DNA from: Trichoplax adhaerens
Lineage: Eukaryota; Animalia; Placozoa
Reading direction: 5' to 3'
Assembly (NCBI RefSeq): GCF_000150275.1
Contig: NW_002060948.1
Span: 829,983 to 893,982 of the forward strand
DNA: 64,000 nt
How positions within the stretch are numbered: position 1 is the first letter of the stretch; every line of letters starts with the position of its first letter. Both the position numbers and the translations under genes were made by a program. Positions 1 to 14,600 of this stretch are shown in pieces. The notes under the pieces are model-generated. The model made no database searches, had not been told where the DNA came from, and was given only the letters and a program-made list of their open reading frames with translations.

Positions 1-34
1 CATTATTTTAAATAATATATACGGTACAACATAC

Positions 35-327
35 GGTTAGAAGTTGTTTGATAGCAGTTAGGATTATTCCGCTTGGCCTTATTTTTGCAGTGATGTGGAC
101 GCTTGGTAAGCAGTGTACAACAGGTCAGGTAGACCAATAGGTGAGGAAGGAACGGAATGGGTTGGGTCATGAATGTCTACTGTAGGCTGGATATGGCCGC
201 ACAGCTGCACCGGTGGATGACGGGATTGATGGATCATAGTGACAATGGACTGCTTGAGCGAACTGCACCTGAGCGCGAGTATTATACTGTAGCAATGTCA
301 TGGATGGCATGATCTGCTCAATCATAA
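35..327 (-). other. Probable 5' exon (uORF-containing leader plus possible start of CDS) of a gene continuing off the left edge
   Basis: GC-richer 293-nt block bounded on the minus strand by ctttag| (328-329) and |GTATGT (34). No single frame is open across it. It holds a 52-aa ORF (325-167) and a second ORF from ATG 170 (MTQPIPFLPHLL...) open to the donor. No recognised homology. Confidence 0.3.
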
Positions 328-3235
328 CTAAAGACTATTTAACGCTATGCATTGATAGTTTGATACTATAGTATCCCATTGAATACATTTATTGTATACG
401 CGTATATAATCGTGCTAATTTATTTATTTACTATAATGAAAATGACTGACATTGGCAGATTGTGGGCTTTGCTTGTAAAAGGAATAATTAAAATAGGATT
501 AATTCGCTATTTACTTATATCAATTTCCTATACAAAGGTTATCATTAGGCGTATAGAGTACCTAAATGTACATATAATACACTACAAAATTCTATGAAAT
601 CTCAATTTCTTAAATGATAATCGTGTATCGAAGTTATGATTCTTAAATTTTTAACCAAAAATATTGACAAGATTCGCTGATATTGTTTGTTTATAAATAA
701 CTTCAGTAAGAAGATTGGACTTTACAATACATAAACAGATTTATTGCGAATGATTATTTATCTATATCGTGCATTGCGATAGTACTGTACAGCGCAGCTT
801 GGTGTACAGGTCCGACTAGTCATTACTAAATAAACATTCTCGTAAACAAATAAGCGTGGATAACCGTGTAAATCTTGAGTACGTTTAAGTTGAGACATTG
901 CTTCTTTCTAATCCACGTAAAAAATTCGCTATACTCGTATTATCACTTCATTCGTCATCGGTATTTTTTATGCTTTCCAATACTACAGCGTTTTATTTTT
1001 AACTCGTAAACTAGTAAACGATACTCTATCATACTTCGAACTGTAACCTCTTGATAACTTTTAGCTTTTGGCATAAAATCATGTTAAATACAGGTATTTT
1101 ATGAGCACTCTTGCACAGATGGATATCGGAGAAAAATCATTTAACATAGCAGGAATATACTCATATACAGTTTATACTTTCTACTATGCTCATTATGACT
1201 GCCACGAAGTGAATTTTCTTACAAAATGATTATCTTATTTACGTCAAATAACATACCGTTATCTATGACATTATACATCCTTCTGGTAGATAAGTGTATA
1301 ATTTTTTAAATACTATCTATAAACTGAGTACTAGTGTTTATGTAGATTTAGTATAAATTAAATGATATTTCAATACAACTTGAGTTCAGTTTTGCCTAAC
1401 AGAGACTGGTGGAGTTACTATTTTCTCCTGATGATAGGAGATCGCCAGTATTTATAGTCGTATTGTAGGCAGATGTCAAGGAGGACAAACCTGACAGTAG
1501 ACTCGTAGTGTTAGTTTTTGTAGTAGTTAAATTTTCTCACGTTACAAATTTAGATTTGTAACAGTAACAGTAATAAATCTACCATTAAAGGAAGAAAGAA
1601 GTAATAGTCACATGCTGCGTGTAAAGGACGCAATTTTCATATTTTCAAATACTGTAGTTGTTGTGTTCAGGATGGATGGCTTCTTTCCGTCATCTAATTA
1701 ATTTAATCTTGCAGTGACTTGCGTAGACATGGTATCAAATTTAGAATAAGAAATAAAGCTCACTACGAAGTCTACTGTTCAATTTTTATGCAAATATTAA
1801 ATACGAATAACTCTTACGCTTGCGAAAAATTGAATAGAATTTATGGACAATAAAGGCATTGGATAATTAAAAATAAATAATAAATTAGCAACTAGTCGGT
1901 CTAAACCTTCTACCCTTTCTCTAAGTTAATGATATTTAATTATTAAATATCTAACTACATTACATCAAAATTACATCATAGCTGTTATAGCCTATTATAG
2001 CTACAATAGTCTATAGACTCTATAAAGTATATCACACTTCACTATTTCTACAGTATATATGTATATATCACAATTATTACAAACAGTCGCAATGATTAGT
2101 ATTGTAACATTGCTTCTCTTCATAAAAACATGTAGTATCTTAATTGAATACGTAGAACGATGCAGAATAATATTGTTAAGAAAATTTTATACTGTACGAG
2201 TAATTCGAGTATATCTCACACAATAATACCATGTAATAATTAGTGATTGCAGTATATCTTTTCAGTATTTCTACTATACTCATCATGATAAAAATTGTTA
2301 GTGCCAAAGTCAGATTTACTTTCTCGATAGTTAAAGTAGTTTAACCTAAAATCTTGAAAGGTAAGAAAGCTTGTCTCCACATAGTTCATATTTTGCAACA
2401 CGAATTAAAATCGATTTTGTGCTGTATTGCAATAATTTTTCATAATTTAGTCGATCTATCTTCACAATATAACACTAACTATTCCCATAGTTGATAAAAT
2501 ATTTAGCGGTACAACGTGCAATTTGTGTTTCATTAAATCATAGTAATCGAGATAACGAGAAGAGTTTCGAAGGTACGAGCAATAAAGATATCATTAAAGT
2601 TTATTATTAAATTAACAATTAGTCAATCTGTCCTTCCCATATGCTAATGACTCTAGATTTAAAAGTATATACCAACTATAACGATATAAATACGGTGTAA
2701 TTATAGCTTCCTAATCCATTAATGATATTTTTTACAATTAATGATAATAAAACAGCTTGCATTCAATAGCTAGTGTAAGAAACTGTGATTTCTATTTTCG
2801 TGAACATTCGGTAATTTCTTGATTGAATTTTATTAAATATCAGATATTTGCTACTTGTTAATCGTATTTGGATGAATTATTAAATGTTATATACTAGCGT
2901 ATTATCAGTATAGATTTGAAATCAGTAATTGTGACATAAATAACGATTGGATCATTTTAGATTTTAGTAAACATGGTTATGCACGGTCACATATATTGTT
3001 ACGAAATAAATTTAACAATACGTAATATCTCTTGGAAATTGAAACGATGTCATATAAATTAGTATAATTATAATCATCAAAGACAGTAAAGTAAGATTAC
3101 GACCTATTAACACGAACTACTGCAGAGAAACCTTATTTTGCATTCCATGGTTATAGTTAATCATTTTCAATTTTTTTTGTAAAAAGACAGTCTTATATAC
3201 CTAATTTATAATACGAACTTATTCGTAGAGTGTCA

Positions 3236-5556
3236 TCATTGTGCCATCAGTTCACATATCTTTTGTTCAAGATCGAATAAGTAGCGATCAGTAATTCCCA
3301 TTTTTCTCATAGCTTCAGCCAAACGTAATAAATACTCTGAATTTTGTCCACTTGGTCCACAACTTGATACAATATGTCTCGCTTCCTCTTGTAATGTTGC
3401 TGGTCCAAGAAATTCTTCATTATCTTCCGTGGCGATATAGATTAATACACTTGGTAAATTTTTAGTATTATCCGCAGAATAAAACTTTACGCAGTCTGTA
3501 GTATAACCGCATTTCTCTCGAAAATTTAAATAGCCAATGACTTTAGGGATATCATCTGGTCCTACTTGATATGCTACACCCCATGTTATTTCCTAAATGA
3601 TGGGGTAACCAAGGAAATACAGATCAATATTGATCCAGAAATACATCTTAAAGTTTTTGTTGGTTATCTTTGGCATCGGATGCCATTACTGGACGATTAT
3701 GCACGTTGTTATACAGTACTATATGTAAAACAAGTTAGTTCGACGCGACATGATCGAATTTGAAATAACAAATAATAAACATCCACGTGAAAGTAAGCCT
3801 TAATGCACTTTATTACAATTGTACGTATTACATTGATCTGATGTGCCAAAGTAAGTAGAAGATTAAGCAAACGCTTAGGCAAATGCTCATCTGTGATAGT
3901 AATAATAGCAAAACAGGTACGAGAACTAATCTATAAATTATCTAAATAAAGTGATTGCCTGTTTTTACTTATACAGTATACTGACATATTGTATACAAGA
4001 TTCAATTGGACAGTACTTCTAGAAGGAAGGCAGCAAATACCATATTGCAATTGTTGAAGTATATCTATACTTACTTTCATATCCCTAATCAGAGTTGCAA
4101 CACGGCCAGGCTAAACAGAAAAGATAGCAGAAAATTAGTTTTACAAAAGATCTTTTGATCTATGTTTCAATACAATAAACTTGTTATTGATACCCACTGC
4201 TATGTACATTACTATACGCTCGTACTATACATCTCTAGCCAGAACACTAAATAAATTAACTACCTACGGGTGTAGATTTTAATTGTAGAGTACAGTACAA
4301 CCCTCATCGATAAAATTTTAATCTTTAAAATCGTTCAGTTTTATTTCAGTAACTTTCAATAACCTTAAAATAGTTGTGCTAGTTTAATGCGTTTAATTTT
4401 TTTTTCAGTACTGAAATCTACAGTATATGTATTTCGTGGAGTTTCGCTAGTGTTAATCGGTGCATTTTTTTATCGAAAGACCTATCAATTCGATTAAACG
4501 TTAAATGAAATTGATCTGCGTAAATTACTGTAGCTTTCACCTACTTTTGCAATGACATGTAGCTCACATATTTTGATGATGAGCTTATCCTCTGATCTGT
4601 ATGACATGCAGAAAACCTCTTAGTGAACTTGATATAGAAGTATGAATTTCTGTACATAGTAATGCTATGAAAATACCATTAATAGCACCTATGAATCTGT
4701 TAATTTAGCTCGTTATTCCTATTAAATTAAAACTCATGTCAAATATTAATAAATAATAATTACAATAATATGTTTAACGACACATTTTCGTCAAAATTTT
4801 GACGAACAAAGCACTGTACAGCGTAGTTAATATTCGTGGCAACGTCGATGACTATGTGCTCATGGCATTGTGCCCACATAATGAGGTGAACCTTGCTTAG
4901 ATTGTACTAATTGTCAGGCAGGGCTGCTAAGGAAAAATGTGATTCATTGTCATGAGCTGCCAGGGACTCCAAAACAAAGAAGGCATTGTAAGGACGTCTT
5001 GAAAATAAAAAGATAATGCTGAAGGTCCTTAGTATTATGCCGTGCTGGAATAAAACAGCCAGGGCGAGGAGGATTTGAATCTTTAGAATATGCTACTACT
5101 GTATACCGTCTAGTGTTCAACTGTTCATGCCACTACAGTTTTACGTTATACGCGTATATTAGTACGACATAAAGTTAGCTTTGACCAAAATCTCGTTGCA
5201 TAATCAATTGAAATTTTATATATGTCATATATACTCGTCTGTGTGTCGGACGAATGAAGATTGTGATGATTTCAAGCTGACTAATTTAATTCTTTTAGGA
5301 ATATTTTACAAATTGCGGCCATTAAATAAATAATTTACTCCATTAGATTACAAATTGATAAAGCACTTACTTGGCCTGGAATACCCCTATGATCTGTGCT
5401 TCCCTGCCAAAATCTCCTAGCGTATCCTTTAATATAGCCCACCATTCTCGACTTGTACGGAAAATTGACTTTCCAGGTCAGAGAACCATACCCAAAAATC
5501 CATAGAGAACCATCTTCTGTCGTACATGAACTTAAATCTATTACCTGGTTGTTCAT
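3236..5556 (-). CDS. CHAC: Glutathione-specific gamma-glutamylcyclotransferase, ChaC family (CHAC1/CHAC2-like), 3 exons, ~192 aa
   Basis: Exons 5556-5371, 4110-4075 and 3592-3236 with GT-AG junctions give [11 protein letters not shown]...[12 protein letters not shown]|PGRVATL|WGVAY...[10 protein letters not shown]...[10 protein letters not shown], the ChaC signature motifs. Confidence 0.93.
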
Positions 5557-5599
5557 GGCTGTTTACTATCGTTTATGTTTATGAGATGGAATAATATCG

Positions 5600-6260
5600 A
5601 TCTTCTACTGTACTGTACACTGTATAGTATCTTGAGATGTCAATAAAAATTGAACAATCAATAGTTATTATTATCAACAGTACAGCATGTATATCCAGAG
5701 CAATGGACGATTTATCAACACTTTTAGCAGACTCTGGCACTCTACTACGCGTATTTTCAATTAAATCCAATTCCACGTACTGTATGCCCTAATGGGTACA
5801 GCATCAAATTAAATGAACTGTGAAAGGTTGGAAGTCAACGCATTTACGGTATCCAGTTACGTTACTGCACTGTACAGTGTACAGTACAGTAAATGGTAAA
5901 ATACAGTACAGTACTGTAAATGGTAAAATGGTAAAATGGTATAATGGAAAGTAAAAACCATCGAGGTTTTTTTGTTACCTCTATGGTATAAACAGCAACA
6001 AGAAATCTCCATACTCTTGAGGTCAGGAATTTATACAGTACTACGCACATTCAGTAGGCCATTCAGAATTCTATCCTGAATATCAGTTAAAATCTGAACG
6101 GTTTACAAATGCGCAGTACTTTCTTTTGCGGGCATTCTTGTGCGGGATTTTGTACAGTAAAGTACTGTACAGTGTACAGTATGTGGGGTTTTGTCGTAGA
6201 CGGATTTCTTTTAGTGTCCATTCAGTGTACAGTACAAACTACAGTACAGTGTGATAAGAT
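5600..6260. promoter_or_regulatory. TACAG/CTGTA pentamer island upstream of CHAC
   Basis: Clusters of tactgtac/tacagtac at about 5607-5625, 5863-5918 and 6151-6250, plus (AAATGGT)n at 5891-5946, immediately 5' of the CHAC ATG. The promoter role is inferred. Confidence 0.55.
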
Positions 6261-6709
6261 TCAATTAATTAGCGATGCACAGAGCACAGAGATGGTAGCG
6301 ATAGAAGAAAGGAGCTTTATTAGTGAGACAGATAGATTCAGCTAACATAGAGAGACAACACCAAGCTATAACCTCTTCTATAGACTGACATACTGCAAAT
6401 TTTATGCCCTAAGTGACTGGGCTGCCCTAGTCAAATAGAATAAGTTATAGTTGTAATTTACCCGGGTGCAATCCATAGTAGAAACAAAATCTCATTTCGT
6501 AACAGTACTGTTAGATGCACCTGATCTACAGTCAGGTCTATCTACAATACTGAGCATTACATTGAATAGGCTGTACTCAGTGTGTACTCTTCAAAAATTG
6601 TGTAAAATAGATGTCGTACAGAGTTCATAAGATACTATATGATACAGTGCAAGCATCGCTGTCAACTTACGACACCTGTTTTTCATATTCAAAAGCTGCA
6701 TAACCCAGC

Positions 6710-7040
6710 TCAGTGATGTACTGTACTGTACACTGTACTGCAAATATGTGATCGAAGTAATATCTTCTATGACTTGTACTGTACAGTACACTATAATGCC
6801 ACTATCTTATTATACAGTACTGTACAGTACATTGTATTACAGTACTATAAAGTGTAAACTACTGTAGTGGAACCTTCGCATGCTTTGCTGCTGTACAGTA
6901 CTGTGCTCGTAAAGAGTTTGTGCACATTTTAAAGTGCCTCATCCGGGCTTGTCGAGCTGATGATTCATTAACATTAGAAATACTGTACTGTGCTACTAAT
7001 TTTATACTGTACAGTATACTTATACAGTAGAACTGTAATA
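6710..7040. repeat. Second TACAG/CTGTA island with no adjacent annotated gene start
   Basis: Dense tactgtac/tacagtac copies between the CHAC 5' region and the PSMA6 3' end. Confidence 0.6.
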
Positions 7041-7629
7041 CATTGATACTCCTTATGTATCTCTACAAATACTACACTATGCAAGCTAAGCGATAGCGCA
7101 ATTCACTTGAGGTCGACAGTGGCCCGAATTTATCACGATCGTAATCGTTTCATAATTAAGCTTATCGTAGAATCATACTATTGAACAAAATTTTTTAGCA
7201 ATGCAGAGTAAATTATGAACTAAATCGAAGGCATAACTGAGGGATAAAGGCAGGCAGTAGGTATCTGATCAACACTGCAATAGCAGTTATAGTGTACTTT
7301 ATGAATACATTGCAGGAAAAATACTATAGTTCAACAATGAAAGGAATTAACTTTATTCTCTGGGATTAAATGTTTATAGCATAGCATACACAACGAAATG
7401 AAATATGATAAAAATGCTATTATCTAGCGACAAAGTCACTTGTCTTAAGTTGAAAAACCTTACTTACATTGTGTCTGTTTGAACTACAATAATAAGGTCA
7501 TAAAGTTTTTCACTGGTTTAGTCACAAATTAAATTATTTTATGTTGTTTATCTTGAAAACTTTGTAACAACATAGCGTACAAATAAAACATTAGAATACC
7601 AAAACGAGGAAAAGACGGTTAAGTTGATT

Positions 7630-10009
<2,380 letters not shown>

Positions 10010-10239
10010 TTAATAAAAATGATGCTTCGATGAAGTGCCTCTTCAATCTCAATGCTGACTTACTGACTTTACTTTGCTGTCCCAGTATATCACTGTATGT
10101 AGCACCAGGTAGTGACAGGGACTTGTTTTTTTTCCTCTCGACTTTCAAGAATACTTATACTGAGCACTGTACTAGAAATGCGACACCATACAGTATAGTT
10201 CCATATAGGCCAGGCTGACACAGCTCTTTTATGCATCTC

Positions 10240-10565
10240 TGCAGAGTACTGTACACTGTACTGCACAATCCATTGTACTGTACAGTACAGTGTACTGTAC
10301 TGTACAATCCATTGTACAGTACTGTGGGTTACTGTGCTGCACTGTTAAGGATTGCACCCGGATTTCCATACTCGGGTACCCACTGCACCAGTACAGTACG
10401 GTACATACAGTACTGTACTGTACCGCAGTGGGGCTAGCATAAGGTTCTCGGACGCACAGCTCGGAAAGACGCTCTACGTACAGTACGAGACACTTTGTAC
10501 AGTACAGTACAGTACTGCAATCTACAGTACATTATACTGTGAGTGACTGTTCTGTACTGTACCGT
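10240..10565. promoter_or_regulatory. TACAG/CTGTA pentamer island upstream of PSMA6
   Basis: Many tactg/tacag units 240-560 bp 5' of the PSMA6 ATG. Confidence 0.6.
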
Positions 10566-10601
10566 AAAGTGCACACCATGGGTTACAGTAAGAATTAATT
10601 A

Positions 10602-10721
10602 CCAGGGACTACTAGAAAGAGAGACGGACGCCTAGCGGCCGTTTCGAGCAAAATTATTTTTAGTACTGTATATCGAATGACCGTTCTCTGTCCCTCTCTT
10701 TCGTCTTTTAGTAGTCCCTGG
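10602..10721. mobile_element. MITE-like element, ~120 bp, with apparent TTA target-site duplication
   Basis: Left end ccagggactactagaaaga matches the reverse complement of the right end tcttttagtagtccctgg (ccagggactactaaaaga). An inner imperfect IR (gagacggac/gtccctctc) is present and tta flanks both sides. Confidence 0.7.
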
Positions 10722-11698
10722 TTAAGCCCGTAGATTCCTCTCTTACTATATGCTATATTCACTTGATCAGTTTACTTTCTACTCACTTGCAATATTTGCA
10801 AGTATGAATAATAAACAATAAGCAATATTTGCCTTCCTTGTACTAATAATTAGTTTCATCAAGTACTGGATACTATATATTAATTTTATGACAATGCTAT
10901 GAAATTACTAGATTGAAACTATATTTTTCTACTCGTAACGCCACAATATTAAACGTTAATGTATATACAACCATATGTAGTTAGTAGATTTTATTCATTG
11001 TAATTATCTTTCTATCGTACAGTATATGGCAGGATACTTGTCTCTTCGTATAAAAGTAATGAAAAACGTTAAGTGAACTATAATTATGGTAATGCAATAA
11101 GAAAGATGCTCTTCAAGATCTAATTACCGTTAAGATCATATTCCATCAATGCTTTGGTAGACAATCTTTTTATTAAAGCTGAATTTCATTCTAGTCAATC
11201 CAATTTACCCATACTAATTAATCATTAGTCGTATCATAATAAATTGACTTGCTTTACATAAATGCTAATGATAGCAACAAATACTTTTAGGCTCTAATTA
11301 ATACACAATATAATAACGATCCGTTGGAATACCATATCATTCCATTATTTGGATAATTTATATTTTCAAATAAATTCGTACAGTTGTTGAAAGTTTCCAT
11401 CTTATGGCACGGATTTGCTCTATATGCAGATAATAGAATTTCTTATTTTCAATTCAAACTAGCAGTCTTCAGGAGACCGATTTCCATACTAATTTCTATA
11501 CGATACTGCACGCTATGTAAAGTACGTGTAACAAATGATTATATAGAACCTCCTACGGTATTGAGTATTTCAGAGAGGACTAATGTGGTACTGTGATAAA
11601 ATGTATAAGAGTTCTTTGACATATTAATAATGTTCTTCCAAGATTATTTAACTTTATATAATTATCAGTTTCAGCCTCGCTGCGTTTAATATTGCAAA

Positions 11699-14600
11699 TT
11701 ATATTATAGTCAATGTCCATGGATCCTCATCTTCTTTTTGAATTGATGGCTGAATCTAAATTAAATGAATTGAAAAGTTCTTTAATTATTTTATCCGGAC
11801 CCTTTTGCCACTGTGTTACGAAGATATAATAATTATTGATTCATTATAAAATTCGTGCATAATTAAGTAAGTAATCGTAGTTACCGCCATAGTAATTTGA
11901 TCAGTACATGCCATCCTAATGCGTTCACATGTTGCTGGGCTATCGAGTCGGAACATTTTGTGAAATCCAGAGTCTTTTCTGATTGCGAAAATAATCATTT
12001 AATTAACTACTTTATGAAGAAATACTCCGTTATAACAATAGTAGTAACTTTTATAATTGCAATTAGCTCTCTTTCATCAACAAATACGAATATATTCGAG
12101 CGCTGTAGTGTTAATACAATATCATTTACTTACCTAGCAGCAATAATGGCATATTTAATCGCCAGAAATACTGATGAGGCAAGTACTAAAGACGGTTCTC
12201 CAATACCCTAATTTTAAATAATTAAGGAACCGTTATCATTTTTTCTATCGTTTATACTGGTGATATTACTAAAGATACACTTCTAGTATTATTTTACCTT
12301 TGAAGAAAAAATTCCGCGTTTATTTGGAACATTTGGTAATAAATAAATATAAAATTTGTTTGGAATATTTGATAAACTGGGAATTTTATATGTTGCTGGT
12401 CCTCGTGTTAGCAAATATCCAGAGGGTGATATACATTGTTCTTCAAGTGTATATAATCCTATTCCTTGTACAAACGCTCCTTCAATCTTATCCAGAACCA
12501 ACAGGTGATCGATTAATAATATTATAAATCTTAAACAGTTAAGTAATACCAGCCAGTTAATTTCCTAATTCTGATAGCTAATAAATTTATTAGCATACCT
12601 GACCAACATCGATTGCCGGATTTAAACTTTTGCCTACATCCATTACAATATCGGTACGCAATATCTAAATTATTGAAACATTGTATAGCAACACAGCAAT
12701 AATGATGGATTAGGTAATAGCAATGTAGAGCAAATAATATAAAATTGGATACATAAGTACAGTATATCAGGCCCGGCTTATTATAAAAATTTGAATTTAA
12801 AAAAATATTAATATTGATATATATTGTACATTTTACTACATCATCTGTATAAAATCTGTAAATAAATTATTTTCTTGCATTCATAAATATTGCAGTATGT
12901 ATCACTTAATTCGTAATACGTATTAATATTAATGTATCTTCGTACATGATAATCCCCAGTTAAAGAATCAATTTCTATTTCTGATACCGCAGCCCCATAG
13001 GTAACGTAATTATATACTCGTCCAGAATTTTCATTCCAGTTATAACCTATGTTGGGCACACTGCAAGAACAAGATTTATCACATTCAGTATGTTGTAGTC
13101 AGACAAAACACACGCAAAAATATAGGCAAACTTTATCACATACTGTGTTTATCATGATATTGCAATTAAAGAATGTTTAATTTAATTACCGATAAAATCC
13201 ATTGGCTGATAGGTTAACTCTGTCGGTGTAAGCAGCTTTGACCTTAGACGATAAAAAATGAATTGCTTATGATTTCACTTGGTATATATACATTGTGGTA
13301 ATTATCATAATTTGAGAAGCTTCTGTTTTTGTACGTTAACTCTATAGAAACAAGCTCTACGCAAAATCTGTGCAAGTTAATTGTACGATATACCGGTATG
13401 AACATAAGGTTGTATGACGATGCATGCTGAAACACTCATTACGATCATAAAACTTACCCAGTCTTCCCATTTTCCCTTTAGATTAGCTGCTCGGTATGGG
13501 GCTATTCGATCTCTTAACTGTTCACATGCGTTCTATAAAATACAAATTAGTATCTGCTAGTTAAAAGATATTTATGCGTGAACAACAAAGATAGTAACTA
13601 ATCCTATAAATCAATAGAAAAGTAGAAAGAACATATAGCTTCCAACAACTGTCGTATCATTAAATATTATTATATTTGGGTATGTAAGTTATCACTATGA
13701 TTATGATCAACCATATCACAGATAAAGTACAACATAAATTCTGTACTACGATATCGGTTCATAGCAGGTATTTACCAGGATGCGATATTTGTATTTATTC
13801 AATAAACCTTATTGCTGTTAAGTTAAAATGATATCTATTTGTAAAGTTATACGATCATGATATTCACAAATATGTATACTACTGCTAGAACTCAAATAAC
13901 TATATGATCATAGAGAATTATAAGAGGTTATACGATCATACCAGAACGGCTCCTCCATTTAAATCGGTTGATAACGAACCAGCTGTTGGTGATGCATTTG
14001 GTACCGAAGATGTATTAGTTTCAACAATATGTACTTTATCCACCGGGACTCCCAGAACATGTGAACAAATCTATTGAAAAAAATTACATTGATTTAAGTT
14101 ATCAAATCGTATCTAGTAGTATGGTACTATTCTCACATAAATTATTCATTCGTAAATGGTTTACAAGCTTACATTTAATACCATATCGGCCAATTACTAA
14201 TGAGTACTGCTAGTTATTACCTATCTATAACAATTTACGATACATTATAAGATATTATAGACTTACCTGTGATAATTTAGTGTATAAGCCTTGACCCATT
14301 TCAGTTCCACCATGTGACAACAGTACGGAACCGTCAGTATAAATCATAACTAGTGCTCCGCCCTAAAAGAAAAATATTTTAGTGTAAGCTACGGTTACTA
14401 GCAGTTGTTAAAATTGAAGCCTTACAAACTCTTCGTTTATGTTCTTTCTCATAATTAGCACTATAGCTTACTAAATTAAAATATTAAAGGTAAGGCCTGT
14501 GAGCTCTTACTTGATTGTTATATTTTGAGGTAAACGATACTGGAAATCCTGCTGGTACAATTGCTATACCTCGCTTCTTCCATCGATTTACCCTACATAT

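Noticed and set aside
167-325. Antizyme-like +1 frameshift at TCA TGA
   Set aside because: It lacks the UCC UGA context and antizyme motifs, and the +1 frame closes after about 29 codons.
4303-4583. Possible MITE in CHAC intron 1 (ctcatcgataaaat / attttgatgatgag)
   Set aside because: Arms are short, AT-rich and imperfect, with no TSD.
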